Shown in pieces: positions 28,763 to 37,956 of a stretch of 64,000 nucleotides of DNA. Under the pieces are notes generated by a model. It searched no databases and was not told the DNA's origin. It saw only the letters and a program-made list of their open reading frames with translations. The position numbers and the translations under genes were made by a program. This DNA comes from Alphaproteobacteria bacterium UBA2966 (lineage in GTDB: Bacteria > Pseudomonadota > Alphaproteobacteria > UBA2966): assembly GCA_002348365.1 (NCBI GenBank), contig DEBC01000107.1:10506-74505 (forward strand). Reading direction: 5' to 3'. Every line of letters begins with the position of its first letter. Position 1 is the stretch's first letter.

Positions 28763-30253
28763 ATGCGGTTCGTCATCGCCATGATGAAACACGAGACGAA
28801 CACCTTCTCGCCGATTGCGACGCCTTGGGCGCGGTTCAGGGAATGGGGCGCGCATATCGGCGACGATGCCCGGCGGGCATATGAGAACACCGGGATGCCC
28901 ATGGGTGCCTATCTCGAACTCGCACGAGAAGCAGGTGCGGACATTGTTACGCCCATTGCAGCTGAGGCCATGCCATCCGGACCGGTGTCCGAAGAGGCCT
29001 ACAGCATCATGACGGACGCCATCTGCGATGCCGTGGCCGCAGGCTGCGATGCCGCTTTTCTCGATCTGCATGGCGCCATGGTCAGCGAAACGACATTGGA
29101 CGGCGAAGGGACCCTACTGGAGCGGATCCGAGGGATCGCTCCCGGCCTGCCAATCGCCGTGACCTGTGACCTGCACTGCAATCTCACGCAACGGATGGTC
29201 GACAACTGCACGGTGTTGATCGGCTACAAGACCTATCCTCATACCGACATGTACGACGTCGGCCTCCAGGTTGGCCGGATATTGATGAAATCTCTGCATG
29301 GTGAATTGGATCCGGTCATGGCCTGGGGAAACCGCCCGATCCTGGGTCAGACCTTGCGGCAGGGAACCGACGACGAACCGATGCGGTCGTTGATCGCCCA
29401 GGCGCAAGAGGCAGAGCGATCGGGGGCCCTGGCCGCAACGGTATTTGGCGGCTTTCCCATGGCCGACATGCCCGAGGCCGGACTCTCTTCGATCGTGGTG
29501 ACAGACAACGACCCTTCACAGGCCGAGGCATTCACGCAGGCTCTGCTCGATGCCGCGTGGACGCAGCGTGAGGCATTTGTCTACCGTGGCAGGCCGCTAC
29601 CCGACTCCGTGGCGCACGCCGCAGAACTCGCTCGGAAGCCGGCAGCGGGCGGGGCGGACCGACCCGTGATTCTGCTCGATCACGCAGACAATTGCGGCTC
29701 GGGCGGCACCCAGGACGACATGTCCGTGGTTGCCGAGGTTCTACGCCAGGGGCTGGAGGATGTTGCGGTCGCGGCCATTTGGGACCCTTTGACCGTACGA
29801 GAACTTCACGACGCCGGGCTCGATTCAACGGTTACGGTGGCCTTGGGCGGCAACACCGATATGCCGTCCATCGGTGCCACGGGCCAGCCCCTTCAGGTTA
29901 CGGGCCGGGTCAGCGCCCTGACCGACGGCGATTGGACCGTGGCCGGGCCGATGTATACAGGCGTCCAGGTCGCCATGGGACCGACGGCCGTTCTCGATAC
30001 TGGAAACATGGAGATCGTCATCGTTTCATGGCACCATGAACCGTGGGACACAGGTGTCTTCACGAGTGTTGGAATCGACCCCGAACAAAAGACATTCCTG
30101 CTGTTGAAGTCGCGAATACATTATCGGGCTGGGTTCGCCGACATGGCCAAGCACACGATTACGTGCGACGGCCGTGGCGTGACCACGTCAGATAACGATC
30201 TGCTGCATTACAGGAACGTCCGCCGGCCGATTTATCCGCTCGATCCACTCTAA
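28763..30253 (+). CDS. M81 family metallopeptidase (MlrC-like)
   Basis: MRFVIAMMKHETNTFSP... is the typical MlrC N-terminus. 496 aa, with an AAGGAGAAA SD. Confidence 0.85.
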   Translation: MRFVIAMMKHETNTFSPIATPWARFREWGAHIGDDARRAYENTGMPMGAYLELAREAGADIVTPIAAEAMPSGPVSEEAYSIMTDAICDAVAAGCDAAFLDLHGAMVSETTLDGEGTLLERIRGIAPGLPIAVTCDLHCNLTQRMVDNCTVLIGYKTYPHTDMYDVGLQVGRILMKSLHGELDPVMAWGNRPILGQTLRQGTDDEPMRSLIAQAQEAERSGALAATVFGGFPMADMPEAGLSSIVVTDNDPSQAEAFTQALLDAAWTQREAFVYRGRPLPDSVAHAAELARKPAAGGADRPVILLDHADNCGSGGTQDDMSVVAEVLRQGLEDVAVAAIWDPLTVRELHDAGLDSTVTVALGGNTDMPSIGATGQPLQVTGRVSALTDGDWTVAGPMYTGVQVAMGPTAVLDTGNMEIVIVSWHHEPWDTGVFTSVGIDPEQKTFLLLKSRIHYRAGFADMAKHTITCDGRGVTTSDNDLLHYRNVRRPIYPLDPL

Positions 30254-30277
30254 GGCTGGACCTGGGACGGAGGTGGG

Positions 30278-30646
30278 CTAAACGAGCTTAAGCTGTTTGG
30301 TGTTCAGCGCGGCGAGGACCGAGACGAGGTTATGGCCGCGCCTGAGGATGCGGCCACCCGCCGAGATCACGGCGTACATGCCCTGACGCTGCGCAGTCTT
30401 TGGCGACTTGACGACCCGGTAAAGCGCACCTTCGGAAGCGCGTCTGAAGATGGAAAAGGTCGCACAGTCGGATTCGAAAGCCAGTGAGTAATCGCGCCAC
30501 TCACCCGCCATGACCATGCGGCTGTACGTCTGCAGGATGGTGTCGAGTTCGTGCCGATTGAATATGACGAGCGGTGCTCTGCCCGCCCGGCCCCTCGTCG
30601 TGGGCCGAACGGGCCTAAACCCTTCGAAGGCGACAACCTCGCTCAT
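30278..30646 (-). CDS. DUF2794 domain protein
   Basis: VIFNRHELDTILQTYSRMVMAGEWRDYSL...FSIFRRASE..LYRV resembles the alphaproteobacterial DUF2794 family as I recall it. Confidence 0.65.
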   Translation of the reverse strand: MSEVVAFEGFRPVRPTTRGRAGRAPLVIFNRHELDTILQTYSRMVMAGEWRDYSLAFESDCATFSIFRRASEGALYRVVKSPKTAQRQGMYAVISAGGRILRRGHNLVSVLAALNTKQLKLV

Positions 30647-30747
30647 GTCACGTGCCTCCCCGATTTGTCATTCTATTGAAACAAAGCATGCCACGCCGAA
30701 CGCCAACGGTACAAGGGAGTGCGAGGCCTTGAATTGTCGATGCTATC

Positions 30748-31725
30748 TCACGCCAAATGACAGGCAACGAGATGTCCCGGCGATACTTCACGCAATTCCG
30801 GGGCTTGAAACCGGCAGTGCGACTCCACCAAAGGGCATCGGTCCGCAAACGGGCAGCCCGGATTGATGTCCACGGGATTCGGAACCGACCCTTTCAACGA
30901 CGATCGGCTACGCCGCTCTCCCGGCGTCATCTTTGGCACGGCATCCAGCAGAGCGCGTGTATACGGATGGGCGGCCGCGGAAAAGATCTCTACGGTCGGT
31001 CCCTGTTCGACGATGCGGCCCAGGTACATGACCGCGACCTCGTCACACACATACTCAACGACGGCGAGATCGTGACTGATCAGCAGATAGGTGACACCGT
31101 AGTTGTCCTGCAGGTCCTGCAGAAGATTGAGCACTTGTGCCTGTACGGACACATCCAGAGCCGACACAGGCTCATCCGCCACGATCAACGCCGGACGAGT
31201 GACCAAGGCCCGGGCGATAGCAATGCGTTGTCGCTGCCCACCAGAGAATTCGTGCGGAAACTTCGCCATATCCGCTTCCTTGAGTCCGACGGATTCAAGC
31301 ACCTCTTTGACACGAAGACGTCGATCTTCGGGCTTGAGCCACTTCTCGGCCACTTCCAGCGGTTCCGCCACAATCCGGGCCACTGTGTGCCGTGGATCGA
31401 GAGAGCCAAACGGATCCTGGAACACCATTTGAAAATTGCGGCGATGTCGGCGAAGTGTCCATGGCCGCATGGAGTGCGGGTCCTTGCCGAGGATACGCAA
31501 CGTGCCCGCGGTGAGCGGCTCTAACGCCATGATGCAGCGCGCCAATGTCGACTTGCCACAACCCGACTCACCGACAATCCCCAGACTTCGGCCGGCGTGC
31601 ACCGTCAGGGATACCTGATTCAGGGCGTGAATCCGTTGGGCCGGGGCCGTCAGAGACTCACGGGGCAGCGCGTAGTGCCGGGTGAGGCCTGATGCCTCGA
31701 CCATGGGTGTGTCCACGAAGGTCAT
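30748..31725 (-). CDS. Oligo/dipeptide ABC transporter ATP-binding protein (DppF/OppF-like)
   Basis: [23 protein letters not shown] and the C-terminal oligopeptide-ABC extension (HPYTRALL...CPF..RC). Confidence 0.85.
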   Translation of the reverse strand: MTFVDTPMVEASGLTRHYALPRESLTAPAQRIHALNQVSLTVHAGRSLGIVGESGCGKSTLARCIMALEPLTAGTLRILGKDPHSMRPWTLRRHRRNFQMVFQDPFGSLDPRHTVARIVAEPLEVAEKWLKPEDRRLRVKEVLESVGLKEADMAKFPHEFSGGQRQRIAIARALVTRPALIVADEPVSALDVSVQAQVLNLLQDLQDNYGVTYLLISHDLAVVEYVCDEVAVMYLGRIVEQGPTVEIFSAAAHPYTRALLDAVPKMTPGERRSRSSLKGSVPNPVDINPGCPFADRCPLVESHCRFQAPELREVSPGHLVACHLA

Positions 31726-32714
31726 CTCCGAAGCCCAAATGTCGACGTTGCCATGGCGGCATCGAGCCGCAGACAGGCAGCCATGTGGTTCGGCCCAACC
31801 GATCGCATGTCAGGCACCTGATGGTGGCACGACTCGCGGGAGAGCGAGCATCGACCCGCAAAGGTGCACCCCTGCGGCAGATCAGCGAGTTCGGGCACGG
31901 TGCCCGGAATGGTCCGCAGCCGGCGGCGTCCATCTCCAACCTGGGGCACCGCCGCAAACAATCCCTGAGTGTAGGGATGCGCGAGCTGCGCAAAAACCTC
32001 CGCTGTCGGTCCCTGTTCGACGATCGACCCGCCGTACATCACGGCAACCCGATCGACGGTCTGGGCGATCACCCCAAGATCGTGGGAGATCATGATCAAG
32101 GACATCTGACGCTCGCTTACGACATCGTAAATGAGATCAAGGATCTGGCCCTGAACCGTGACATCGAGTGCCGTGGTGGGCTCGTCCGCGATCAGAACCT
32201 CCGGATGGCAGGACAAAGCCATCGCGATCATGGCGCGCTGCCGCTGGCCACCCGAAAGTTGATGCGGAAAGGCAGAGTAGTACCTCTGCGGGTCGACCAA
32301 GCCGACACGCTCCAGCAGAGAGAATGCCTCCACCTTGGCCTCATCTCGATCCAGCCCAAGGTGCAACATCAGTGGTTCCACCAGTTGCTTGCCAATGGTG
32401 TGCACTGGATTGAGTGAGGTCATGGGTTCTTGAAACACCATCGCGATCGCATTGCCGCGCACATGGCACATGGCCGCCTCATCCAGGGTGCGCAGATTAC
32501 GCCCGTTCAGGGCAATGCTGCCGTCGAGCGTCCCGCCGTCCGGCAACAGACCCATCAACGCCAGCGCAGTCATGGACTTGCCACAGCCTGATTCACCGAC
32601 GATGCCAAGCGACTCGCCACGCTCGAGCCGGAAACTGATACCGCGAACGGCCCGCGCCGCGCCGCCCACCATGGGCAGTGAAACGGTCAAGCGGTCGACC
32701 TCGAGTACACTCAT
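31722..32714 (-). CDS. Oligo/dipeptide ABC transporter ATP-binding protein (DppD/OppD-like)
   Basis: [25 protein letters not shown] and HPYTQGL...GCTFAGRC. 4-nt overlap with the next gene. Confidence 0.85.
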   Translation of the reverse strand: MSVLEVDRLTVSLPMVGGAARAVRGISFRLERGESLGIVGESGCGKSMTALALMGLLPDGGTLDGSIALNGRNLRTLDEAAMCHVRGNAIAMVFQEPMTSLNPVHTIGKQLVEPLMLHLGLDRDEAKVEAFSLLERVGLVDPQRYYSAFPHQLSGGQRQRAMIAMALSCHPEVLIADEPTTALDVTVQGQILDLIYDVVSERQMSLIMISHDLGVIAQTVDRVAVMYGGSIVEQGPTAEVFAQLAHPYTQGLFAAVPQVGDGRRRLRTIPGTVPELADLPQGCTFAGRCSLSRESCHHQVPDMRSVGPNHMAACLRLDAAMATSTFGLRR

Positions 32715-33580
32715 TGTGCGTAGCCCGATAAACGAGCCCGGGACAGGCGCGGATCCAACCAGTCTCTAAGTCCATCTCCGAGCATGTTGAAACCGAGCAC
32801 CGAAACAACGATGACCAGCCCGGGGAACAAGGCGAGGTGTGGAGACAGATAGAGGAACGTCTGAGCCTCGTTCAGCATCCGTCCCCAGCTTGGCTGGGGC
32901 GGCTGGGTACCCAGCCCGAGGTACGAGAGAGCCGCTTCCGCGAGAATCGCGATGGCGAAGAAAATTGTCGCCTGAACAATGATGACACTGAGAATGTTCG
33001 GAAGGACGTGTTCAAACGTGATCCGAATCCGTCCCTTCCCGGCAGCTCTGGCAGCGAGCACGAATTCACGAGCCCAGATAGCGTTTGCGGATCCCCGCGT
33101 GACGCGTGCAAACACGGGAATGTTGAATATGCCGATGGCCAGGATCGAGTTGACGGCTCCCGGACCGAGAATGGCCGTGATCATGATTGCAGAGAGAATT
33201 GCCGGAAACGCGAAGGTGAAGTCCGAGAGCCGCATGATCAACTCTTCGATCCAACCGCGCTGGGCGGAGGCCCACAAACCCAGGAGCACTCCGGCCGCCA
33301 TTCCAATTCCGACGGCAACGAACCCCACAACCAAAGAGTTCTGGGCGCCTACCATGATCAGTGAAGCGACGTCGCGACCAAAATGGTCGGTGCCCAGCCA
33401 GTGCGTTGATGACGGCGGCTTCAATTTGTTGGCCACATCCAGTTCGTAGGCGGAATGAGGTGTCCAAAGCAGGGATATGACCGCGAGCAAGATTATCAGA
33501 GTGCTCAAGGCCCCACCGAGAAGGAGGTTTCGATGCCGCAGCGCAAGCAGAAACAAATCTGATGGGGTCCGGCTGGTCAT
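32711..33580 (-). CDS. Oligo/dipeptide ABC permease (DppC/OppC-like)
   Basis: WLGTDHFGRDV... and an EAA-type loop (EFVLAARAAG). Confidence 0.85.
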   Translation of the reverse strand: MTSRTPSDLFLLALRHRNLLLGGALSTLIILLAVISLLWTPHSAYELDVANKLKPPSSTHWLGTDHFGRDVASLIMVGAQNSLVVGFVAVGIGMAAGVLLGLWASAQRGWIEELIMRLSDFTFAFPAILSAIMITAILGPGAVNSILAIGIFNIPVFARVTRGSANAIWAREFVLAARAAGKGRIRITFEHVLPNILSVIIVQATIFFAIAILAEAALSYLGLGTQPPQPSWGRMLNEAQTFLYLSPHLALFPGLVIVVSVLGFNMLGDGLRDWLDPRLSRARLSGYAQ

Positions 33581-34527
33581 GCGTCATGCGCCCGCAGCCG
33601 AGGATCGATGATCGCGTAGGCGATATCGACGACGAAGTTGACGACGACGACCATGGCGGCGAGCAACAGGACAACGTCCTTCACCACGACCAGATCCCTG
33701 TTGGCAATTGCCTGAAATACCAGACGTCCCAGGCCCGGCAGGAAGAACACGTTCTCGATCACAATCGTCCCTGCGAGCAGGTTCGCGAACTGGAGTCCCA
33801 TGATCGTGACCACGGGTATCAAGGCGTTGCGAAGTACGTGGCGCCACAAGGTCGCAGCGCGAGTCAGTCCTTTCGCCCGCGCGGTACGCACGTAGTCCTC
33901 ACCGATCGTCTCCAGGACACTGGAGCGAGTCACGCGAGCGAGTATGGCTGCCTGAACCGTGGCCAGCGCTACGGCGGGCAAGAGCAGTGACTTCAGAGCG
34001 GGCCAGAGGCCGGCATCCCACCCTGGAAATCCACCGGACGAGAACCATCCGAGGTAAACGGAGAACAGCAAAATCAGCAGAATTCCGAACCAGAAGTTCG
34101 GCACGGCAATGCCGAGCTGGCTGAACACCATCACACCCCAATCGCCGACTTTGTTGTGATGCGCGGCGGCATAAAGCCCCAGCCCGATCGCCACGATGAC
34201 GGTCATGGCCATGGCAATTACGGCCAACGGCACCGTCAGGGCCAGGCGCTCAACGACCAGTTCCGAAACAGGGACGGAATAGGTGTAACTGATGCCGAAA
34301 TCGCCGGTCAGGACACCGGAAATCCAGCTCAGGTAGCGATCGAGGGCGGGCTCGTCCAGGCCCAGTTCCTTGCGGAGAGCCTGATATGCGGATGGATCGG
34401 CATCGGCACCGAGAATGGCGTATGCCGGATCTCCCGGCAGGATTTCCAGTATGAGGAACACGACGACCGATGCGCCGAACAGCGTAGCAACGAAGGTCGC
34501 GAATCGCTTGGCGATGAATAAGCTCAT
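33577..34527 (-). CDS. Oligo/dipeptide ABC permease (DppB/OppB-like)
   Basis: From the ATG at 34527: MSLFIAKRFATFVATLFGASVVVFLILEILPGDPA... and YVRTARAKGL. Confidence 0.85.
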   Translation of the reverse strand: MSLFIAKRFATFVATLFGASVVVFLILEILPGDPAYAILGADADPSAYQALRKELGLDEPALDRYLSWISGVLTGDFGISYTYSVPVSELVVERLALTVPLAVIAMAMTVIVAIGLGLYAAAHHNKVGDWGVMVFSQLGIAVPNFWFGILLILLFSVYLGWFSSGGFPGWDAGLWPALKSLLLPAVALATVQAAILARVTRSSVLETIGEDYVRTARAKGLTRAATLWRHVLRNALIPVVTIMGLQFANLLAGTIVIENVFFLPGLGRLVFQAIANRDLVVVKDVVLLLAAMVVVVNFVVDIAYAIIDPRLRAHDA

Positions 34528-34547
34528 GATCGAACGCGAACTCCGAA

Positions 34548-35213
34548 TCAGGCCCGTTTTTGTGCCAGAGTGACACCATCTCCGATCGGCAGCAGACACA
34601 GATTTATCCGCTGGTCCTCGTGGCGCAGGCGATTGAACTCTCGGAGCGCCACCGTCGAATCGTCCTCGACCGCCTCATCCGCGACCTTGCCGCTCCATAG
34701 AACATTGTCGATCGCCGCCAATCCGCCAGGCCGCAATAATTTCAACACACGCTCGAAGTAATCCTCGTACTCCTGTTTGTCGGCATCGATGAACGCAAAA
34801 TCGAATGTGTCCGCCCGACCCTCGGCGAGCAATCCGTCAAGGGTCTCCAGTGCCGGCGCAAGGCGCAGATCAATCTTGTCCTCCACACCCGCCTCGCGCC
34901 AATACCGCCGCGCAACCGATGTCCATTCCTCGCTGATATCGCAAGCCACAACCTGGCCATCTTCCGGCAGTGCCAACGCCACGGCCAGGGAGCTATAGCC
35001 GGTAAACACGCCGACCTCGAGGGTCGTTCGGGCGCCGATGAGTTGGACGAGGAGTGTCAGAAACGCGCCCTGGTCTGGAGAGATCTGCATGATTCCCAAC
35101 GGCAGCTCCAGGGTTTCCGTGCGCAGCCTGGCCAGAATGTCCGGCTCCCGCGCGCCGTACTGAACTACATAATCCTGGAGACGCTCTCCCAGGCCGAGGG
35201 TCTGTCGGGACAT
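34548..35213 (-). CDS. Class I SAM-dependent O-methyltransferase (caffeoyl-CoA OMT/YrrM-like)
   Basis: LEVGVFTGYSSLAVALAL...FDFAFIDADK...GGLAAIDNVLWSG. Confidence 0.8.
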   Translation of the reverse strand: MSRQTLGLGERLQDYVVQYGAREPDILARLRTETLELPLGIMQISPDQGAFLTLLVQLIGARTTLEVGVFTGYSSLAVALALPEDGQVVACDISEEWTSVARRYWREAGVEDKIDLRLAPALETLDGLLAEGRADTFDFAFIDADKQEYEDYFERVLKLLRPGGLAAIDNVLWSGKVADEAVEDDSTVALREFNRLRHEDQRINLCLLPIGDGVTLAQKRA

Positions 35214-35411
35214 TTCGCTCTCCCCATCGAGGGCGGCTAAGAGTGGAAGAAAGGCCGCACGCCGTCAAACAAGCGTCTCACCAATTTTTATGCGGCTCTG
35301 CGCCTCCAGCATTCCACTCTTTGCGCAGATGGCATTGCCCCAATTTCGCCCCGTTTCCGTCGAGTTCTCGTCGTATTAACCTCGTAGATTTTCGGCCATT
35401 GGGCCTCTCTA

Positions 35412-35471
35412 GGGTCCGGTCGCCGCTCCAATCGGGCTGTCCCTCTCCCCAAGGCGACCGGACCCTTTTTT
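35412..35471 (+). terminator. Strong intrinsic-terminator-like hairpin in an intergenic gap
   Basis: gggtccggtcgcc (35412-35424) pairs perfectly with ggcgaccggaccc (35453-35465) as a 13-bp stem. The 28-nt loop contains CCCTCTCCCC, and TTTTTT follows at 35466-35471. There is no T-run on the opposite strand. Confidence 0.6.
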
Positions 35472-35542
35472 CCAACCTCGCCCCGTTCCCGATCCTGATC
35501 GTGCAGGCTACGCTCTTGTCCGCATTCGACTGAGCGAGACCT

Positions 35543-36235
35543 ATGAAATTGTACGAAGCCGCAGGTGATCAGCGCCGCCCCTACAGTAATCGCCCCTATT
35601 CCTGGCGCGTCATCATGGCACTTGCTCATAAGGGCCATTCGGCGGAGCGCGTGGGAATCCCCATCAATGACAAAGAGAAGCTGGCCTTTTCGGGTCAGAC
35701 GCTCATGCCGGTGCTGGTCGACGGCGATGTCGTGGTGCCCGATTCCTGGGTCATTGCCGGCTATCTCGAAGAGAAGTATGGGAATGCACCGCCCCTGTTC
35801 GGGGACCTCACAGCCCGGTCCTGCGCACGGTTCATCCACATGTGGGGCGATCAGCTGCAGGCCGGGTACCTCGTGCCGATGCTGGTCTACGACGCGTGGC
35901 ACCACGCGCACCCAGATGACCGCGAATACTTCCGTGCGACACGCGAGGCTCGACTTGGCTGCACGTTGGAAGAGACCTTGGAGGGGCGCGACGAGCACCT
36001 GTTTCGCTTCCGAGATAATCTCGAACCTCTCCGAGCGATGTTGGACAAGCAAAGTTTCATCTGCGGAGATACCCCCGCTTATGCGGATTACATGGCCTTC
36101 AGCCATTTCCAGTGGGCCCGGTCCATTAGCCCCTATCGGCTGCTGGAGCCGTATGATCCGATTTTTGACTGGCGGGAACGTATGCTCGACCTGTTTGATG
36201 GGCTGGCACGGAATGAGCCGGGTTACGAGGTATGA
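35543..36235 (+). CDS. Glutathione S-transferase family protein
   Basis: PYSWRVIMALAHKG...MPVLVDGDVVVPDSWVIAGYLEEKY is a thioredoxin-like GST N-domain, followed by a helical C-domain. Confidence 0.75.
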   Translation: MKLYEAAGDQRRPYSNRPYSWRVIMALAHKGHSAERVGIPINDKEKLAFSGQTLMPVLVDGDVVVPDSWVIAGYLEEKYGNAPPLFGDLTARSCARFIHMWGDQLQAGYLVPMLVYDAWHHAHPDDREYFRATREARLGCTLEETLEGRDEHLFRFRDNLEPLRAMLDKQSFICGDTPAYADYMAFSHFQWARSISPYRLLEPYDPIFDWRERMLDLFDGLARNEPGYEV

Positions 36236-36295
36236 GCGAGGCTGCTCTATACTCGTGACAAGGATGAAGCGACCAACAGTGTGTGGGAGGTTTGC

Positions 36296-36997
36296 GTGAC
36301 GATCACGGTGTATGAGCTCGACGGTGTCGACGATGTCCGGTTCAGTCCATATTGCTGGCGAACCCTCATGGCCCTCAAACACAAGGGAATCGATGACTTC
36401 GAGCGGGTACCCGTTTCCTTTCGCGATCGATCTCCGATCGCCTTCAGTGGTCAGGAGCGGATTCCCGTTCTTGTTGACGGAGATCACTGGGTCAACGACT
36501 CATGGAATATCGCCTGCTATCTGGAAGACGCTTACCCAGACGGCCCGGCATTGTTCGGCAGCGACATCGGCCGGTCCCAGGCCCAGTTCGTCAATGCTTG
36601 GACCCAGCGGATTCAGAATCCAGGCCTTATCAACATCGTTCTCTGGGACGCTTTTCAAGCCGTGGATCCGGCGGACCGGGATTGGTGGCGAGAAGACCGC
36701 GAGAAGATGTTCGGACGCATCGAGGACTACAAGGAAAACCAGTCGGAAAAGCTGACCGCATGGCGTCGAGATCTGGACCCGCTGCGCATGACGCTCGGCG
36801 ATCAGCCCTTTCTCGGCGGCCAAGCGCCGGCATACGTCGATTATCTGGTGTTCGGTACGTTCCTGTTCGCCCGCTACGTGGGCCGCGAAAACGTCATTGA
36901 AGCCGATGACTCGCTTCAGGACTGGCTTGGCCGGCTCCTCGATATGTTCGACGGCTTCGCCCGTCAAGCCCCCAAGGCAATGACATCAGAAAGATGA
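36296..36997 (+). CDS. Glutathione S-transferase family protein (tandem paralogue)
   Basis: GTG at 36296 with a GGGAGG SD. PYCWRTLMALKHKG...IPVLVDGDHWVNDSWNIACYLEDAY aligns with the upstream GST. Confidence 0.75.
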   Translation: MTITVYELDGVDDVRFSPYCWRTLMALKHKGIDDFERVPVSFRDRSPIAFSGQERIPVLVDGDHWVNDSWNIACYLEDAYPDGPALFGSDIGRSQAQFVNAWTQRIQNPGLINIVLWDAFQAVDPADRDWWREDREKMFGRIEDYKENQSEKLTAWRRDLDPLRMTLGDQPFLGGQAPAYVDYLVFGTFLFARYVGRENVIEADDSLQDWLGRLLDMFDGFARQAPKAMTSER

Positions 36998-37257
36998 CCC
37001 CACCCGGCCCTTTTGCAACCGACCCTGACGATCACCGGTCCTGGTGGGCTCTCGCTGTCAGCGGAGGGGTTCCAAAACGTTCCCTTTACGTGGCGCTGGT
37101 CGTAGGGCCGATCCTGACCCTGATCAATCAGTACGACGCCATCCCGGGTTTCGGCGAAAGGTCCTTCGATCTCTTGAAGGCATTCCTGTCCTTCTGTGTG
37201 CCCTACTGCGTTGCCACATACGGCGCCGTCACGGCGCGCCGCGCCGGAGGCGAGTGA
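36994..37257 (+). CDS. NrtS-like small membrane protein (putative nitrate/nitrite transporter family)
   Basis: ATGA overlap with the GST. ...VPKRSLYVALVVGPILTLINQYD...FLSFCVPYCVATYGAV matches my recollection of NrtS-family proteins. Confidence 0.55.
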   Translation: MTPPGPFATDPDDHRSWWALAVSGGVPKRSLYVALVVGPILTLINQYDAIPGFGERSFDLLKAFLSFCVPYCVATYGAVTARRAGGE

Positions 37258-37436
37258 GCAACCAGGCCTCACTCAAACCGATTGATCGCAAGATACGAGA
37301 AACGGGACGATCAGGGTCGCCAGAGTGCGTTCGCGCCAAAGGCAACCGAGGACCCGGCTCCCCATCGCGTTGCGACTGTGACCCGCCGGGATCGGTGACG
37401 GTTCCGGAACTGATCTGAAGATAGCGGTCCGCATGC

Positions 37437-37529
37437 CTACACCGATGCCGTCAGGACGGCAGCAAGAGAAACGAAGGCTGCGAGGCTACCCGCGATCGGC
37501 ATCACCAATGAGACAAGTCTCTTGTTCAT
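37437..37529 (-). CDS. Candidate 30-aa hydrophobic peptide (MNKRLVSLVMPIAGSLAAFVSLAAVLTASV)
   Basis: An ATG preceded by AGGAGATAAAC, a near-ideal SD and spacing. One predicted TM segment. It overlaps the odd Arg-rich tail of ORF 37486..37956 in another frame. Confidence 0.25.
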   Translation of the reverse strand: MNKRLVSLVMPIAGSLAAFVSLAAVLTASV

Positions 37530-37956
37530 GTTTATCTCCTGTTGCTTCCTGTTGGTGAAATCGGCGAATCCGCAAACGTCTGGCTGGACCGCCGGGCACG
37601 ACAGGCACGGGGGACCACGCCTCTCCGCTCGCTACGATGCAGGATCGACCGTTGACATCCGTGGTGATCAACGTCCACGTGCCACTGTCACCGGTGAAAA
37701 GTTCCATCATGAACTTGCCATTGGCCGACAGGCCGCGTGCGGTCACCTCTTCACCGTGCTGCTTCGTCAATTGAGAGACCGCGGCGTCGCGAAGCAAGCA
37801 GAGCTGCTGGGCCTGGGCAGGCAGGCTCACCATCGACGTGGCCGCCATGACACCGACAGCGAGAATCGAGCCGGCGAGTGCGCCCCGAATACCTGCCACG
37901 GCGTCAAATACATTGTTCAGTCTGCCGGGCTTCGTGTTCGATTCTTCGGCTGTCAT
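37486..37956 (-). CDS. Secreted hypothetical protein (small periplasmic, 2 Cys)
   Basis: ATG at 37956 with an AGGAGAAGG SD and a signal peptide ending ...SLPAQAQ. The mature region QLCLLRDAAVSQLTKQHGEE...TGDSGTWTLITTDVNGRSCIVASGEAW resembles small conserved alphaproteobacterial proteins. The C-terminal ~40 aa is low-complexity. Confidence 0.5.
   Translation of the reverse strand: MTAEESNTKPGRLNNVFDAVAGIRGALAGSILAVGVMAATSMVSLPAQAQQLCLLRDAAVSQLTKQHGEEVTARGLSANGKFMMELFTGDSGTWTLITTDVNGRSCIVASGEAWSPVPVVPGGPARRLRIRRFHQQEATGDKHEQETCLIGDADRG

Noticed and set aside
35290-35379. 29-codon ORF (MRLCASSIPLFAQMALPQFRPVSVEFSSY) inside the RNA-candidate gap
   Set aside because: It has no Shine-Dalgarno and an unremarkable composition. 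The region is better explained as non-coding RNA or leader.
35288-36487. 399-aa minus-strand ORF
   Set aside because: It is entirely antisense to the two well-supported GST genes and the intergenic gap. Its composition is Arg/Gly/Pro-rich and it resembles no family. This is a typical high-GC antisense artefact.
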